A stretch of DNA of 62,916 nucleotides, counting the filler, from Choristocarpus tenellus KU-1152 (taxonomy: Eukaryota > Protista > Phaeophyceae): NCBI GenBank assembly GCA_964200185.2. It is 15 parts of 15 records of this genome, joined end to end, with 100 filler letters (N's around TTAATTAATTAA, not from the genome) between each part and the next. Parts side by side here need not be neighbours in the genome. Positions count along the whole stretch, not along the records: positions 40,398 to 50,344 come from CAXNAD020003255.1; positions 50,445 to 54,657 come from CAXNAD020015661.1; 13 more parts are not named here. One strand, given 5' to 3'. The notes below the pieces were generated by a model. The model worked only from the letters and a program-made list of their open reading frames with translations. It ran no database searches and was not told where the DNA came from. How positions within the stretch are numbered: position 1 is the first letter of the stretch; every line of letters starts with the position of its first letter. Made by a program: the position numbers and the translations under genes. This document shows, piece after piece, positions 40,468 through 52,337 of the stretch.

Positions 40468-43400
40468 GTCCAACGAGGGCTGCATGTGGTGTTCACAATG
40501 AACCCTGCTTCGGAAGGGTTCCAGGGGCGCTGTGCCACTTCACCTGCCCTCTTCAACCGCTGTGTTGTGGACTGGTTTGGAACTTGGCCCACTCAGGCGC
40601 TGGCGCAGGTACTTCAATGGGACAGTGTAAAAAACATACTTATGTATGTGTATATATATATATATATATTATTTTTATTTTTTATTGTTTTGTATCGTGG
40701 GTCTAGATATCCATTCCGAACGTTTTATGTTGGGTTTTAATGGGTGTGTTTATGAGCAACGATTGGTTACTTTGTGTGCACCAATTGGAGACGTCTCTAT
40801 AGTGGTTGGTGCCAGCTCAATAGTATGCATCATGAAAGAAGAAAAAATATACTATTTTGCAGAGACTGTGGAGTTGATAGAACCAGGGTAGAGGCTTTTT
40901 TGGTCTGGGGATTGCTAGCGTGCGGTTGTTGTCAAATACATACGATGGCATTGGAGATGTAATTTTTAATCATAGGAGGGACGTGACGGCGGTGATGTTG
41001 GGGGAGTGAGAAGAGGACACGATAAGTTGTAACATGATGGACATGGATAGCTCCTGGTGAAATGTTCGTGGACACACGTGGACACACATGTGTGCAAAAT
41101 GCCTCTGATAATGTGTACCTGCCTGTATGCCAACTACACAGCGGTGTTATTTATTCATATTTCTTTTTTATTAAAAAGGTGGGCTATGAGTTCACTTCCA
41201 ATGTGGACACAGGGGCGTGCGCCTGGGGAGTGGACGAGGACTGCTACCTCATGGATGCAGTCCGAGAGCTGGTGGGGAATGACGACGGTGCTAACATGCG
41301 CCATGCTGTGGTGGCGGCCCTGGTGGCCATTCACCAGTGAGTCTGCCTTCTGTGCTGTTTGATTTAGCAACCTTGTCCTGTGGCTTGTTTCGATGGTGTG
41401 AGCTTGAGGCAGAAGTTGCTGTTGGTGTATTTTTTGTGATCGTTGCGATTGATAAACCTAACCCCTAACCCTAACCCTCTCACCGCGTCTTTGGTGTGGA
41501 TTTTGGGGGTACATGTGGGAAAGGCTGCTTAGGCTGTGCGGTTTAGCTTGTAGTCGCAGTGGTTTGGTTTTTGTTGATTTTTTTGTTGTTTTGTCAAGTG
41601 TATGAAATGGTAAGCCACGATCCCTTGTGAGATCTTTGAAGGAGCGCACCTGGGAGCGTTGGGTTGTTGGGTCATTGAAGTTGTTGAGCTTGGATTTGGT
41701 GTTGTTTGCTTTTAGGACCAAAGGGCATCGCGCTGTCGCCATATTTTGAGGAAGGTAAGAAAGAGCTACTTGACGTGGGAAGTGATACAACACGCTGGAA
41801 AGCCAGGGGTATTACCTCAGGTATGGGTTGGTGGTATGTGAGTACTAGCTTACCTTGAGGTGGAAAATGTCTTCTCTTTCATTCTTCTATTACTACTGTT
41901 GTGATTGAACTCCAGGCAAGCAAGACGCTGTTATGTGCTATGCTTCTCTTTTGCTGGGTTAGAACGGCCCATCATACCCCCCCCCCCTCTTCCGATACAA
42001 CGCTCTTCGTTCATAGTTTTTAGAAAGCACGTCTATTCATTGGTGCATTGCTCTCCACTCTTGCTTCTGTGAGGCTTTCAGTTGACCTTGTTTGCTGAGT
42101 CTTCTATTGCCCATCTTTTTGCTGGGAACTGTTCTTGTTTGATTCCAGGTGTGCGAAGGAGGCAACAGAGGCCCCTCGATCACATGCTTCTGGCGTGAGA
42201 CACTTCATATCACCCCGGGATTTCCTAGGGTTAATTCGGGCGTTTGTTAGCGTGGTCAATGAGAGGAGGGAGGGGCTTGAAGATCAGCAGGTGGGCGTGA
42301 TGTGCATACACTGAAATTGAATCTAATCTGAATCAAACATTCCATTTTTTACATATTCAACTAGGATACTTAGATGAAGGTACCGTTGCTAGTGTCTTTC
42401 GGGGGAGAGGGAAGTGTTTCATTCGAATGTCCCATTTTTATTTCTTTTTACTCTATGGACTATTTTAACTTATTATATAGATATATAGAGAGTACGCCAC
42501 TAAGTGGTTAATGACACGTGCGTCTTGGTGTCTTGAAGGGGGGGTTTTTTCGGTGTGGGTTGATAGTTATTTACAAAGAAATTGAAATACTTGAGAGAAA
42601 ATTGTGTTTCTGATGACTTGAACTATTGCGTCATGTTTGATGTTTTGCAGAAATAAATAAATAAATATATTTTCTTTTCTTTTTTTTCCGCTGACGTTTT
42701 TTAGTGCTCTGAAAATTTTATGTAGTGGATGTGAAGGTTGTTCTTTGATCTCTGGTCTCTGCCTGATGTGTAACAGTCTCTGCATTGGAAGATGTGGTTT
42801 GGTAGATTATGGACGTACAGGTCTTCACCGTGGCACTAGAGGGTGTGTGTGCTATTTATAGAGATTGAAGTTTGTGTTGCTTACAAGATGGACAAAGGAA
42901 AGTACCAGGATGCCCTCACTCTATGATAGCATACTCTAATATGACCCTAGATGTGAAGGGCGGATGACCCTTGGGCAGAATTTTCCTGTAGTATATATGA
43001 TCAACTAACTTGAGAGAATTTGAACATGTACTTGATCCTGGTGCTGGTGCTGTCTCAGCTGCACATCAATGTGGGTTTGAACAAGTTGCAAGAGACACAG
43101 ACTGGTGTTGAAGAGATGCAGAGAGGGCTTGAACAGAAGGAGCACCGCCTCAGGTGAGGAGGATTACCCCTGCCGTGATGTTTGCTGGTTTTGTGACACC
43201 ATTGGTATCCCTATCGCTGATGATATCTACCGCAGGGTTAACAAGTTGCCTCTCACTGCACTCTCTACTCTTTTGGTATTCATGGCCTTTGATGCAGTCC
43301 TTTGGTTTGGTCCCTAACCCTTAATTGTATACTATGTAATATTGTAGGGTTTACTCCTTAGTGCCGACTTGGTGTAATAGTTGATTAGCCCTATATTAGT

Positions 43401-46400
43401 CCAGCTTGGCATTGCTCCTTGCAAGCATATCGTACGTCAACTGATGTGGAGCTTGACTCATGCACCTCAAGAGTAGAGTGTTGCCTGGTGGTACCCACGC
43501 CTTCCTGTACTATAGAGCTTTGCCAGCTGTCTCAAATGGTCAGGAGTGTATCAAACTGATTTCACTACTTTTTGGGATGGATTGGGGGGTTGGGGGGTGG
43601 GGGGGTGGGTTCCATTCCATACGTGGTGTGGTGTGGTGTGATGTGATACGTCAGGGAGAAGGACGCACTTGCCAATGCAAAGCTGCAACAGATGGTGGCA
43701 GGACAGAATGAAGCAGAGAGGCGAAAGAGGGACGCCGAGGGCCTAAGCCTGGAACTGGAGGAGCAGAACGCACGGATTGCAGAGAGGAGGCAGCAGGTAT
43801 TGTATTGAAACTTTCTGAGTAGAACATCCAACACATTCCGGTTTGCAGCAGTATCCAGGTGGTGAGGAGTGTATGAAGCGGTGTGCCCTATCTATCTGTT
43901 TGAATGGTGTGTTTGTTTGTTTGTTTGTTTTTCTGTTTGGTTAGGCAACTGTGCGAGAGCCGTTTTTTGACATGTGGTCGTCTCTGGACTCGACTCGCCT
44001 TCCACATGTCGTTGTGACCCTACCCTCCCGTACAACCACTTCATTTTTGTTATTGAAACACGCCATTCTCATGAGTAGGCAGAGGCTGAACTCTCGGAAG
44101 CGGAACCGGCTTTACTTGCTGCCCAATCCAGTGTTAGGAGCATAAAGAAGCCTCAGTTGGATGAGATACGGACCCTCACCCGGTATGTTACCTGCCGCAA
44201 TGGACTGACTGTCTCCTCAGCAGTAGGAAGTTTATTGGCTTAGGCTGTCTCTTAGCTGGGTTTTTTTGTGAGCTGTGTGCTGTGAGCTGTGAGTTGTGGA
44301 AATGTAGAAGGAAAAAGTTGTGTGTGTGTGTGTGTGTATTATGTGTATTATGTGTATGTATGTATGTATGTATTGGATACTTTGTTTATTGAAGTAGGCG
44401 GCTGCCTTTGGTGTAGGAGCAATGCATGAATGTTGGTTAAATCAATACGTTCATTTTTATTTATATTTTTTGTCTTCCTATTTCTGACAATTCAGTACTC
44501 TCTCCTATCCGCAACATGGTTGATTGAGACAATGACTTCACCGCCACGTGGAGACCAGAGCGTCCCCGTCTGAAGTGGTATCATGTGTGCTTTCTGGTTT
44601 TTGACGACTGTCTGAAGTGGCATTGGTTGATTGGTTGGTTTGTTGTTTTACTCTCATTTTTTATTTTTTAACGTGACGCTCACAACCGACACTACCATGT
44701 ACCTCTTTTTGGCATGCTTGAGGGATGACAGCAAAGTCGTACTCTTGACAACCGTTGCTGCTAGTGCCATTGGGGGTTTTTGGCGATGGGGGAGGGGGAG
44801 AGGAGGCCGTAGTGGGGGTAGTACTGTATTGTGGGAAGAACTGTGTGTGTTATGTATGTGTGCAATTTTTACTACACGTAATTTTTTGGTTCGTTTTAGG
44901 GGTTAGGGTTAGGGTTGCAACTCTTCACAACAGTAGTTCTCTTTCTAGGAATTTGTAAGACTGTGTTGTTTTGGTTTGAAAGAATGAAGTTATGCAAGTA
45001 TCACAGCTTTTTATGTATCATCGGTGTCAGTTCAAAATAAAAATACAGAAAGAGCGCTAGCGTGTCATACTATTACGTAAAACCTCGTTCAATTTTTGAG
45101 GTATAGACTTTGACCAAATGTAGCCTACCTGCATGTTATGAAAACTATGAAGTGAGTTTTTTGTTCGGAACTGTTGCATCTCGTGTTGTGTTGTATTTGG
45201 TGTGGCAGTTATTGTCAGAGAAGTGTACTAACAGGATCACACCGTAGGTGGTGTTGATCTCACTAAATTTCTGCCAAGTGCCTATTGAGTTATTATGCCG
45301 ATTTGGGATAGAAGATGAACGTAGAGTAAGAGGGCCATGGTGGTGCTCAGAGATGTTTTCCCCTGTGGATCTTCTGTTGGAATTGATAGGGATTGCCCCC
45401 TTCTTTTCTGGGGGGAGTCTTCAAGTTCAATGAAAAAAAGAGACATGACCAACTGCAATTGTATTTGCTGGTGGAATTAAACTGTTCTGAGAACTTGAAG
45501 TGTCCGTTGGAAGGCGTATCAGCCTCTTTTGAATCCGTAACTCCGCTGCTTGAAATATTCGAGAAAGTATGGGGTTAGGGTTAGGTTTGCCCAACTCTTT
45601 TGATGCTCACCTGTCCCCTTGGTGACTTGGTTACCTTCCTTTCACTTCGTTTTTCCTCCCTCCCCCACCCCCAAACAAACTTTTTTTTTCTACTGAAGTC
45701 CGCCGAAGGCTGTACAAACTGTTCTGGAGGCAGTGGCGATCATGCTGGGGCACCAAGAGCCAGAATGGTCTGATGTTCGCAAGGCAAGTAATACCCGCAC
45801 CACGCACACCTGTGCATTCCCAATGCCTGCATGAAATTTGAAACATTTTGTACTACAATTGTTGCAGTCATTGGAATATATGTTCGTTCCTACATACCTG
45901 ACTGTGGTGTGGTTGTCTTATGGTCACTACTAGGTGCATTGCACGTATAGACCAGGCAGGCGTATTGTTTTTTTTCCCATATGAGACACATGCCTCCATC
46001 ACTACCTACCTATCTGGCAACTTCAGTATCTGAAGCAAGGCAAACAGCGTAAGTGAAGAGCTTTGATTTGTACAAAAATATGATAGCATCATGGTGTCGT
46101 TGAGGGTGCTAGAAGCCCAAAACGTTTCTATCGAGATATATATATATATATATGTATATTTATGTATGTAAGTATTGCCTCAATTTTTTAATTTTTTACG
46201 ATGGTCGTCAGAACTTTATTTTTCTTCCATCATGGTACCTCATGTATACCCCTAACCCTTCCTTACGTGCCTGCTAGCTCAGAGTCTAATTAATGCCATT
46301 GCCGTGATGCCCTCTTGTGATTGTCTACCCGAAGTTGATTCTCACAAAAGATTACGCATGTCGCCCTCCCGATAGCTGTAAACCCGACTGTACCCAGAGT

Positions 46401-49400
46401 TTTGAACTTTTTGTTTGTTTGTTTTCCACTCCACATTTCCCCTTCCCCCCCCCCCCCCCCCCCCCACCTCTCTGTGAGAAGGTGATCAGCAAGGCGGACT
46501 TCATCGCAACCGTGGTGAACTTCGACACGGAATCCCTGACCAGTTCTATCATTCGGACTGTGGAGGAAGTGTTCAAGGTGGCGGGTGATCTGAACCTGGA
46601 CTCTGTTATGCGTGCTTCGAAGGCTTGTGGGCCATTGTACCAGGTCAGGAAGGCGTCAGTCGCGCAACGCTCTGATGTATTGTCGTCTGCCTTTGTCAGT
46701 AAGCACCAGTTCAATGGTCTGTGCTGTGCGAGTGGGTAGGGGTGGGAAAAATATATATACTTTTGAAGTCTTATCATGCCTAAGATGGGATATTATTAAA
46801 ACAAGTGCAACATGTACAAGACCCCTCTGTTTTTACTTTTTTTCGTTTTTTTATGGTTTTTTATGGGGGGGTTTTTCAGGTGTGGTGGTGGGGAACACTT
46901 GTATTGTAAATCATCTTTTTTTGTGTTTGTAGCAACAGAGTGAGTGACCTAATCATTGGAGCACCAGTGAGATTTTTTCTTTGTATGATGGTGATTTGTA
47001 GAGAGTAAGAGTTAAGCACAACTGCAGAAAGATATGTTGTGCCCAGAACAGGTAAGTGAATGCTCTGTGGCCAAGACTGCTGGTGCGTTTTCTACAGTAC
47101 TACATAGTATGTTGTTATTGATAAATGTACATGATTGTATTTTTTGGACAGATGGTCCCCAATTCGGGGTGAATTATCAGAATTTATCAATAACAATAAT
47201 GCCTGGGGGGGAGGGGGAGTACACCACATCACTTGGGAGTCCTTGAGTACTCTAAGTGGTCGCTCTGATATGTGTGGAAGTTGTGTGAACTATGAACGAA
47301 ATTAAAATATTAAAATAACAGTTTTATGCGTGACTTGATGCCGATTGACTGTCTTCTCTCCCTCCCCCCCCCCCCCTCCCCCCCCCNNNNNNNNNNAAAA
47401 AAAAAAAAAAAATTAAAAAAAAACGTTTTTTCGGGCTCTTGTTGCCGTTTTCTGTTTTTCCCCCCCCCCCCCCCCCCCCCCCCCTCTCTCTCTCTGCAGT
47501 GGGTAAACTCACAGATCAATTTTAGTCGCATTGCCATCTTGGTGCAGCCCCTCAAGGACGAAATTGCTACTCTGCAGGAAGAGAGTTCAAGGGCAGAACA
47601 GAAGATGATGGAGTTTGAGGTCCAGATTGCGGAAACGGAGGAGAGCATTGCCAGGTTTGCGTCCTTTGGTTGTACTTTGCTTTTGGACTCCCTTTCCAAA
47701 GTTTACCCTTTGTATTTGTCGAAGCCTTTCATGGCTCGAATGTGGGGTATCAAATGTGGGTCTGGGGTATCAAGTGATTTCAATTGTGCTGGTCTGGCAC
47801 TGGTCCAGTTGGTTCGTGCATGACCTTGTGCTATATGCTTTCTGTTGGTGGTAGTGCTGTTTCTTGGAGGTGTTGAGATTAGTTTGTCTTTTGTAAGTAT
47901 TGAGATGAATCAATCGATTTGAGTTATTGTTGTCTATAATCAGGGGGGGGGTTGATTGTTAGAAAGGTTGTGGTACTTTGGTGGTGTTTCTTTTGCATCA
48001 AATGTCCTGGGGAGTACTGTACTTTTGTCCTTTCATCGACCTCTTCCACTGTTCATTTGGTGACTGTCCAAAGTGTCTTTTCAGTTCCATCATTCAGTGT
48101 GATAACATTCTATGAGTGAAGTGTTAGTGAACCTTTCAGGGTCATTATTCAAAGTGTGTGTGGGAAAACAAGGGAGTGAACTCTGGTCGTGGTCCTTGAC
48201 AGGTGTGGGCACTTTCAAGCATCCCTAGTTACTGTACCAGGTACTTCTGGTTCTCTTAGGACCCAGGTTGATGCTAATATACCTTCTCAATGCCTGGTAC
48301 CCCTTCCTTTGTGCCATGATAGGTACTAAATGAAGCATTAGCCTTACCTGTTTGTATTTGAATATGTATCAGAGTAATGCTGTCTGTGATCGCCAAAGGT
48401 CACGTTATGTCTCTGATTTATTTTTTTGAGGCAGGTACAAGGAGGAATATGCTGAGGCCATAAGGGAGATCGAGGCCGTCAAAGCTGAGATGGAAGCTGT
48501 CAAGCAGAAGGTATACCTCAATATTGCATTTTTATTTTATCATGGTTATCTCGGGGGGGGGACGGGGGGGTTGTATGAAATGTTCTTGATGCTTTTAATC
48601 TGAGCTCTGCATGAATTACATCTGTCCATAGCATTGCTAGGGATAACATGCTAGGAAGCAGCAACTAACTGCCTGCAAGTTTTTTAGGGAACCAATCAGA
48701 TTCCACGAAACATGTGTTGTGGTCTTTATGAGAAATCAACCCACCTTTCTTTGTCGTTTAACCCCTTACCAAGAATATTACTTGCCCTAATTCCTCCTCT
48801 CTTTTTACCATGCCCTAGTGCTCCGCTCCCTCTATAACCCTGAACCAGCATGCTCTGGCCCCATCTCAAGCATAAGCACCTTCACGTGTTGATGTTTTCC
48901 CAACCAGAAAGTAGAACTGTCGTCAGGTGTTCTCCTCCCCCTCACTTAGGGAGATCGGTGTCACTCACTCATACCCCATTTTGAACTTTCCCCAACAGGT
49001 AACTCGAGCTGAGGCCCTGCTCCACAACCTGGAGCAAGAGAGAGACCGATGGAGGGTCTCGTCAGACAGCTTCACACTACAGCTTGAGTCTCTCATTGGC
49101 GACTGCCTCATGGCGGCTGCGTTTGTGACCTACGTGGGGGTGTTTGACTACCGCACACGGAAGGTTGTGGAAACCCCTCCTAAGATGTAGGAGAAGAAGA
49201 AGAAAAGACATGGGTGTAGTTTTGTGATACCTGGTGTTGGAAGCAACATAGCCATTTGATGGGTGCAAGTTTTTTTTTTAAAGAAAATGGTGACGGTTTT
49301 AAACGGGCTCTTGTGATAAGAAAAAAATATAAAATAAAATAAAATAAAGTGTGCGTACGCACGAGGTGAAGACGGCCTCCCCCTACAGCGATTCGTTTTT

Positions 49401-50024
49401 TCTGGTTTGGGGGGGGGGGAGGGGAGGGGAGGGGGTATTTTATTTTTTCGTCTTGGTTTGTATTCTTGCTATTGCCTGTTCTGGTGATACCCTAGAAACT
49501 GGGGTTTGAGAAAACTGGCATGAAAATACCAAGCAATCTCTCTTCCCTCCTCCGTAGTGTTTGATTGGACAATCTGTTAGTCTCCAGTTTGATTGACTTT
49601 TCGGTAGTTTGAAAAGATTACATCTTTACCAGCACTGAGAGCTTTGCTGAGTCGATTCAATTGACTCAATTGACTGTTTTTGAGGTTTGTGTAAACACCC
49701 ATCGATCGGCTGTTTTTGCTGCTGCCTACAGTGAAGTGAGATGTACTGTTGTAAATGACAAACGCCTCCCTCCATGTATTTTTCTTGATGTAAGTGACAT
49801 CCAACCGTCTCTTACTGACTCACTTTTACCTCCTCGATGCCCCCCGCCCCGCTGACCCCGATGTTTCCAAATGAATAACGCCCTACATATACATACATGC
49901 TTGATATTTGCAGACGCTGGTGATGAACTGGCGAGATGTGCTATCTTCACTCGGGGTTCCGTTCCGACCAGAGCTCTCCCTAAGTCAGTACCTAAGCACG
50001 GGTGCCCAGCGGCTGGAGTGGCAG
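40468..50024 (+). CDS. DYNC1H1: Cytoplasmic dynein 1 heavy chain, partial (end of AAA4, stalk CC1, MTBD, CC2, start of AAA5)
   Basis: Phase-compatible exons 40468-40608, 41179-41336, 42149-42290, 43059-43153, 43655-43796, 44079-44182, 45699-45783, 46482-46643, 47500-47654, 48435-48510, 48999-49163, 49914-50024. Motifs [84 protein letters not shown]. Confidence 0.96.
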
Positions 50025-51251
50025 GTTGGTTGACTTGCATGTTTATTTCTCAGCCTTACCATCTCCTTGCAGAGGTGCTTGTTGGATACAAGTGCACAGG
50101 TTTTGTTTGAGGGAAGTGAATACGGTAGTGATAAAATAGAGCCGGTGGAATGGTACAAAAGTCGTGAAGGAATGAATCTGATGTTGGCGTGAGGTATTCA
50201 AGAAATGTATCACCATCGGTACACCTTATAATGTCATACCGTTCTACTGTTTCCCCCCCCCCCCCCCCAATTTTTTTTTTTTGGAATTCCCACTTTTTTC
50301 CCCAAAAGTCCTTTTGTTGATTTTTTTTTTGTGTTTTTCTTGCTNNNNNNNNNNNNNNNNNNNNNNNNNNNNNNNNNNNNNNNNNNNNTTAATTAATTAA
50401 NNNNNNNNNNNNNNNNNNNNNNNNNNNNNNNNNNNNNNNNNNNNCCCCTCCCAGATACTTTGGGTCTTCCCTCTTTCTCCTTCTGTCTGGCGCACCAGGC
50501 CTGCCTACGGGGAAAGACGAGCTGTCGTCTCCTGATTGTGCAACTCCGCCATATTGGTCACAAGCATTCCTCAGAAGCCACCTTGGGCTTGCCCCCTCTT
50601 TGTCCTCTACCCTTCCTTGCCATTGACAAGGACCTTTTCATTGTGACTCCTCCTTCTTTTCTCTGCCCTCCAATCACTCAAACCAATATTCGTCTCGTTT
50701 ACCTGATCTGTAGATAACTTCAGTTATTAACCCTTTCCCCTACCATTGCTACCATTTTCTTTTCCCCCTACCTCTATATCATCTAGAACTTCGGCGAATT
50801 ATCACGCTCACAAAACTCTGATGACATATTAGACTTTCCCATTTCAGGAAAGTAGTTGTAAAAAGATACTTTGACGAACCATTTTATCTTTTTGGAAGTA
50901 GTCGGGAGTGGTAAATTTCCGTAATAAAGAGCACTTCGTAAATATGCATTTCAATACTGGGACCAATCGGACACAGGCCTCTAGGAAAATAAGAACGATG
51001 ATTTCGTGTGTCCTCAACCCCGCATCCCCCACTTCCATTTCATGAATCGCTTGCAGATACATTCGAAACCTCTTTACTCTGTCCGATCATCAAAAATTCA
51101 CAGAGACGGTTAAAGTTGAGAAACTCAGATGTCGGTAGTAACGGTCACTCCCCTCTCTCTAAACCCAAAATCTAGAATCTAGAACAAGGATTTGTCGAAT
51201 CCATTAACATAATCATTATCACTAGTCAGAATATTTTTATATACGTGCATT

Positions 51252-51680
51252 GAGCCAAAGTATACGAGAGGTACCCAATTTTTGACTGTTTTGCATTAAA
51301 AGCTAGTTTGTCAATCTTCCCCAGTTCACCCAATTTCTATGGATGAAGTGCTAAGTTTGACTTGAGAGGGTTGATTTTTCTATTGTTTGAACCTTTTTGG
51401 ACACATTTCGGAAAATTTCCTACAAACCTTTACAAAAAATGCAGGATTTTGCACATATTTGAGGGCATTCTTAAAATGCAACTTTGGGTACCACAATATA
51501 GCAAACCCCCATGCCACAACTGTACTAAAAAGTCACTCAAGATATGACATTTTATCCCTACAATGTACGAATGTGTGAGGAGAAAACAAAAAAATTCCAA
51601 AATGTCTGAATAGAATGGGAAAAACACATCACAACACATTTCAACACCTACCTATGTGTCGAGGAGCTGATACTTGGCTT
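51252..51680. mobile_element. Possible longer, decayed relative of the MITE family
   Basis: Begins GAGCCAAAGTATACGAGAGGTAC; a weak inverted end gatacttggct lies near 51670. Confidence 0.35.
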
Positions 51681-52165
51681 GCATTGCAGGTCTCGAAGCA
51701 AAAGTACTCATCAACTCCATTTTGCCTTCCTTGCGCAGCAATTGTGCAGGTGTGTCCTAGTTCACTCTCTATAGTCTTCGTTTAAAAAAAAAGAAGAGGA
51801 TGTGGAAGCACACTGCACTTGCTCCCCCATATTGATTTGGTTCATCTCGTGTCCACCTAGCAATTCCAGGACTCACCTTTCTGGTCCACAGACAATTGCT
51901 TCCTCCTTTTGTTGTGTTATGTATGTGTCCTTTGTTTTCTTCCCCTTGCGCTTGGTTGTGCTGAACAATGCACTGTCTCCAACCTTGATGGAACTTTCCC
52001 CTAAATCAGAACTGAGCCCTTACCAGACAGCTGCAACTTGTCGGCGGCAAGAAGGCTGCTTCCAGTGGAGGAGATGAAGTCCTTGACACAATGATGAGCT
52101 CTTCTTCTCTGGTTATTTTGTCACTCTTCTCCTCGTCGGGAATATTGCAAAAAACAGCCTCTTCA

Positions 52166-52337
52166 GGCTCAAAGTATCTGGGGGGGGGTCTACACCAGGG
52201 TGTCCATTCAGGCCCTGACCAGGAGAAGTGCACTTACATTATCCAGCCGATGCATGCAACCAAATCGACCAAAAATCGTGACATGCAAAAATTGCCCCGA
52301 ATGGACAGCTGCCACTCCCCCCCGGATACTTCGAGCC
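52166..52337. mobile_element. Complete family B MITE (172 bp), 3-bp TSD TCA
   Basis: GGCTCAAAGTATCTGGGGGGG...CCCCCCCGGATACTTCGAGCC, flanked by tca on both sides. Confidence 0.9.
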
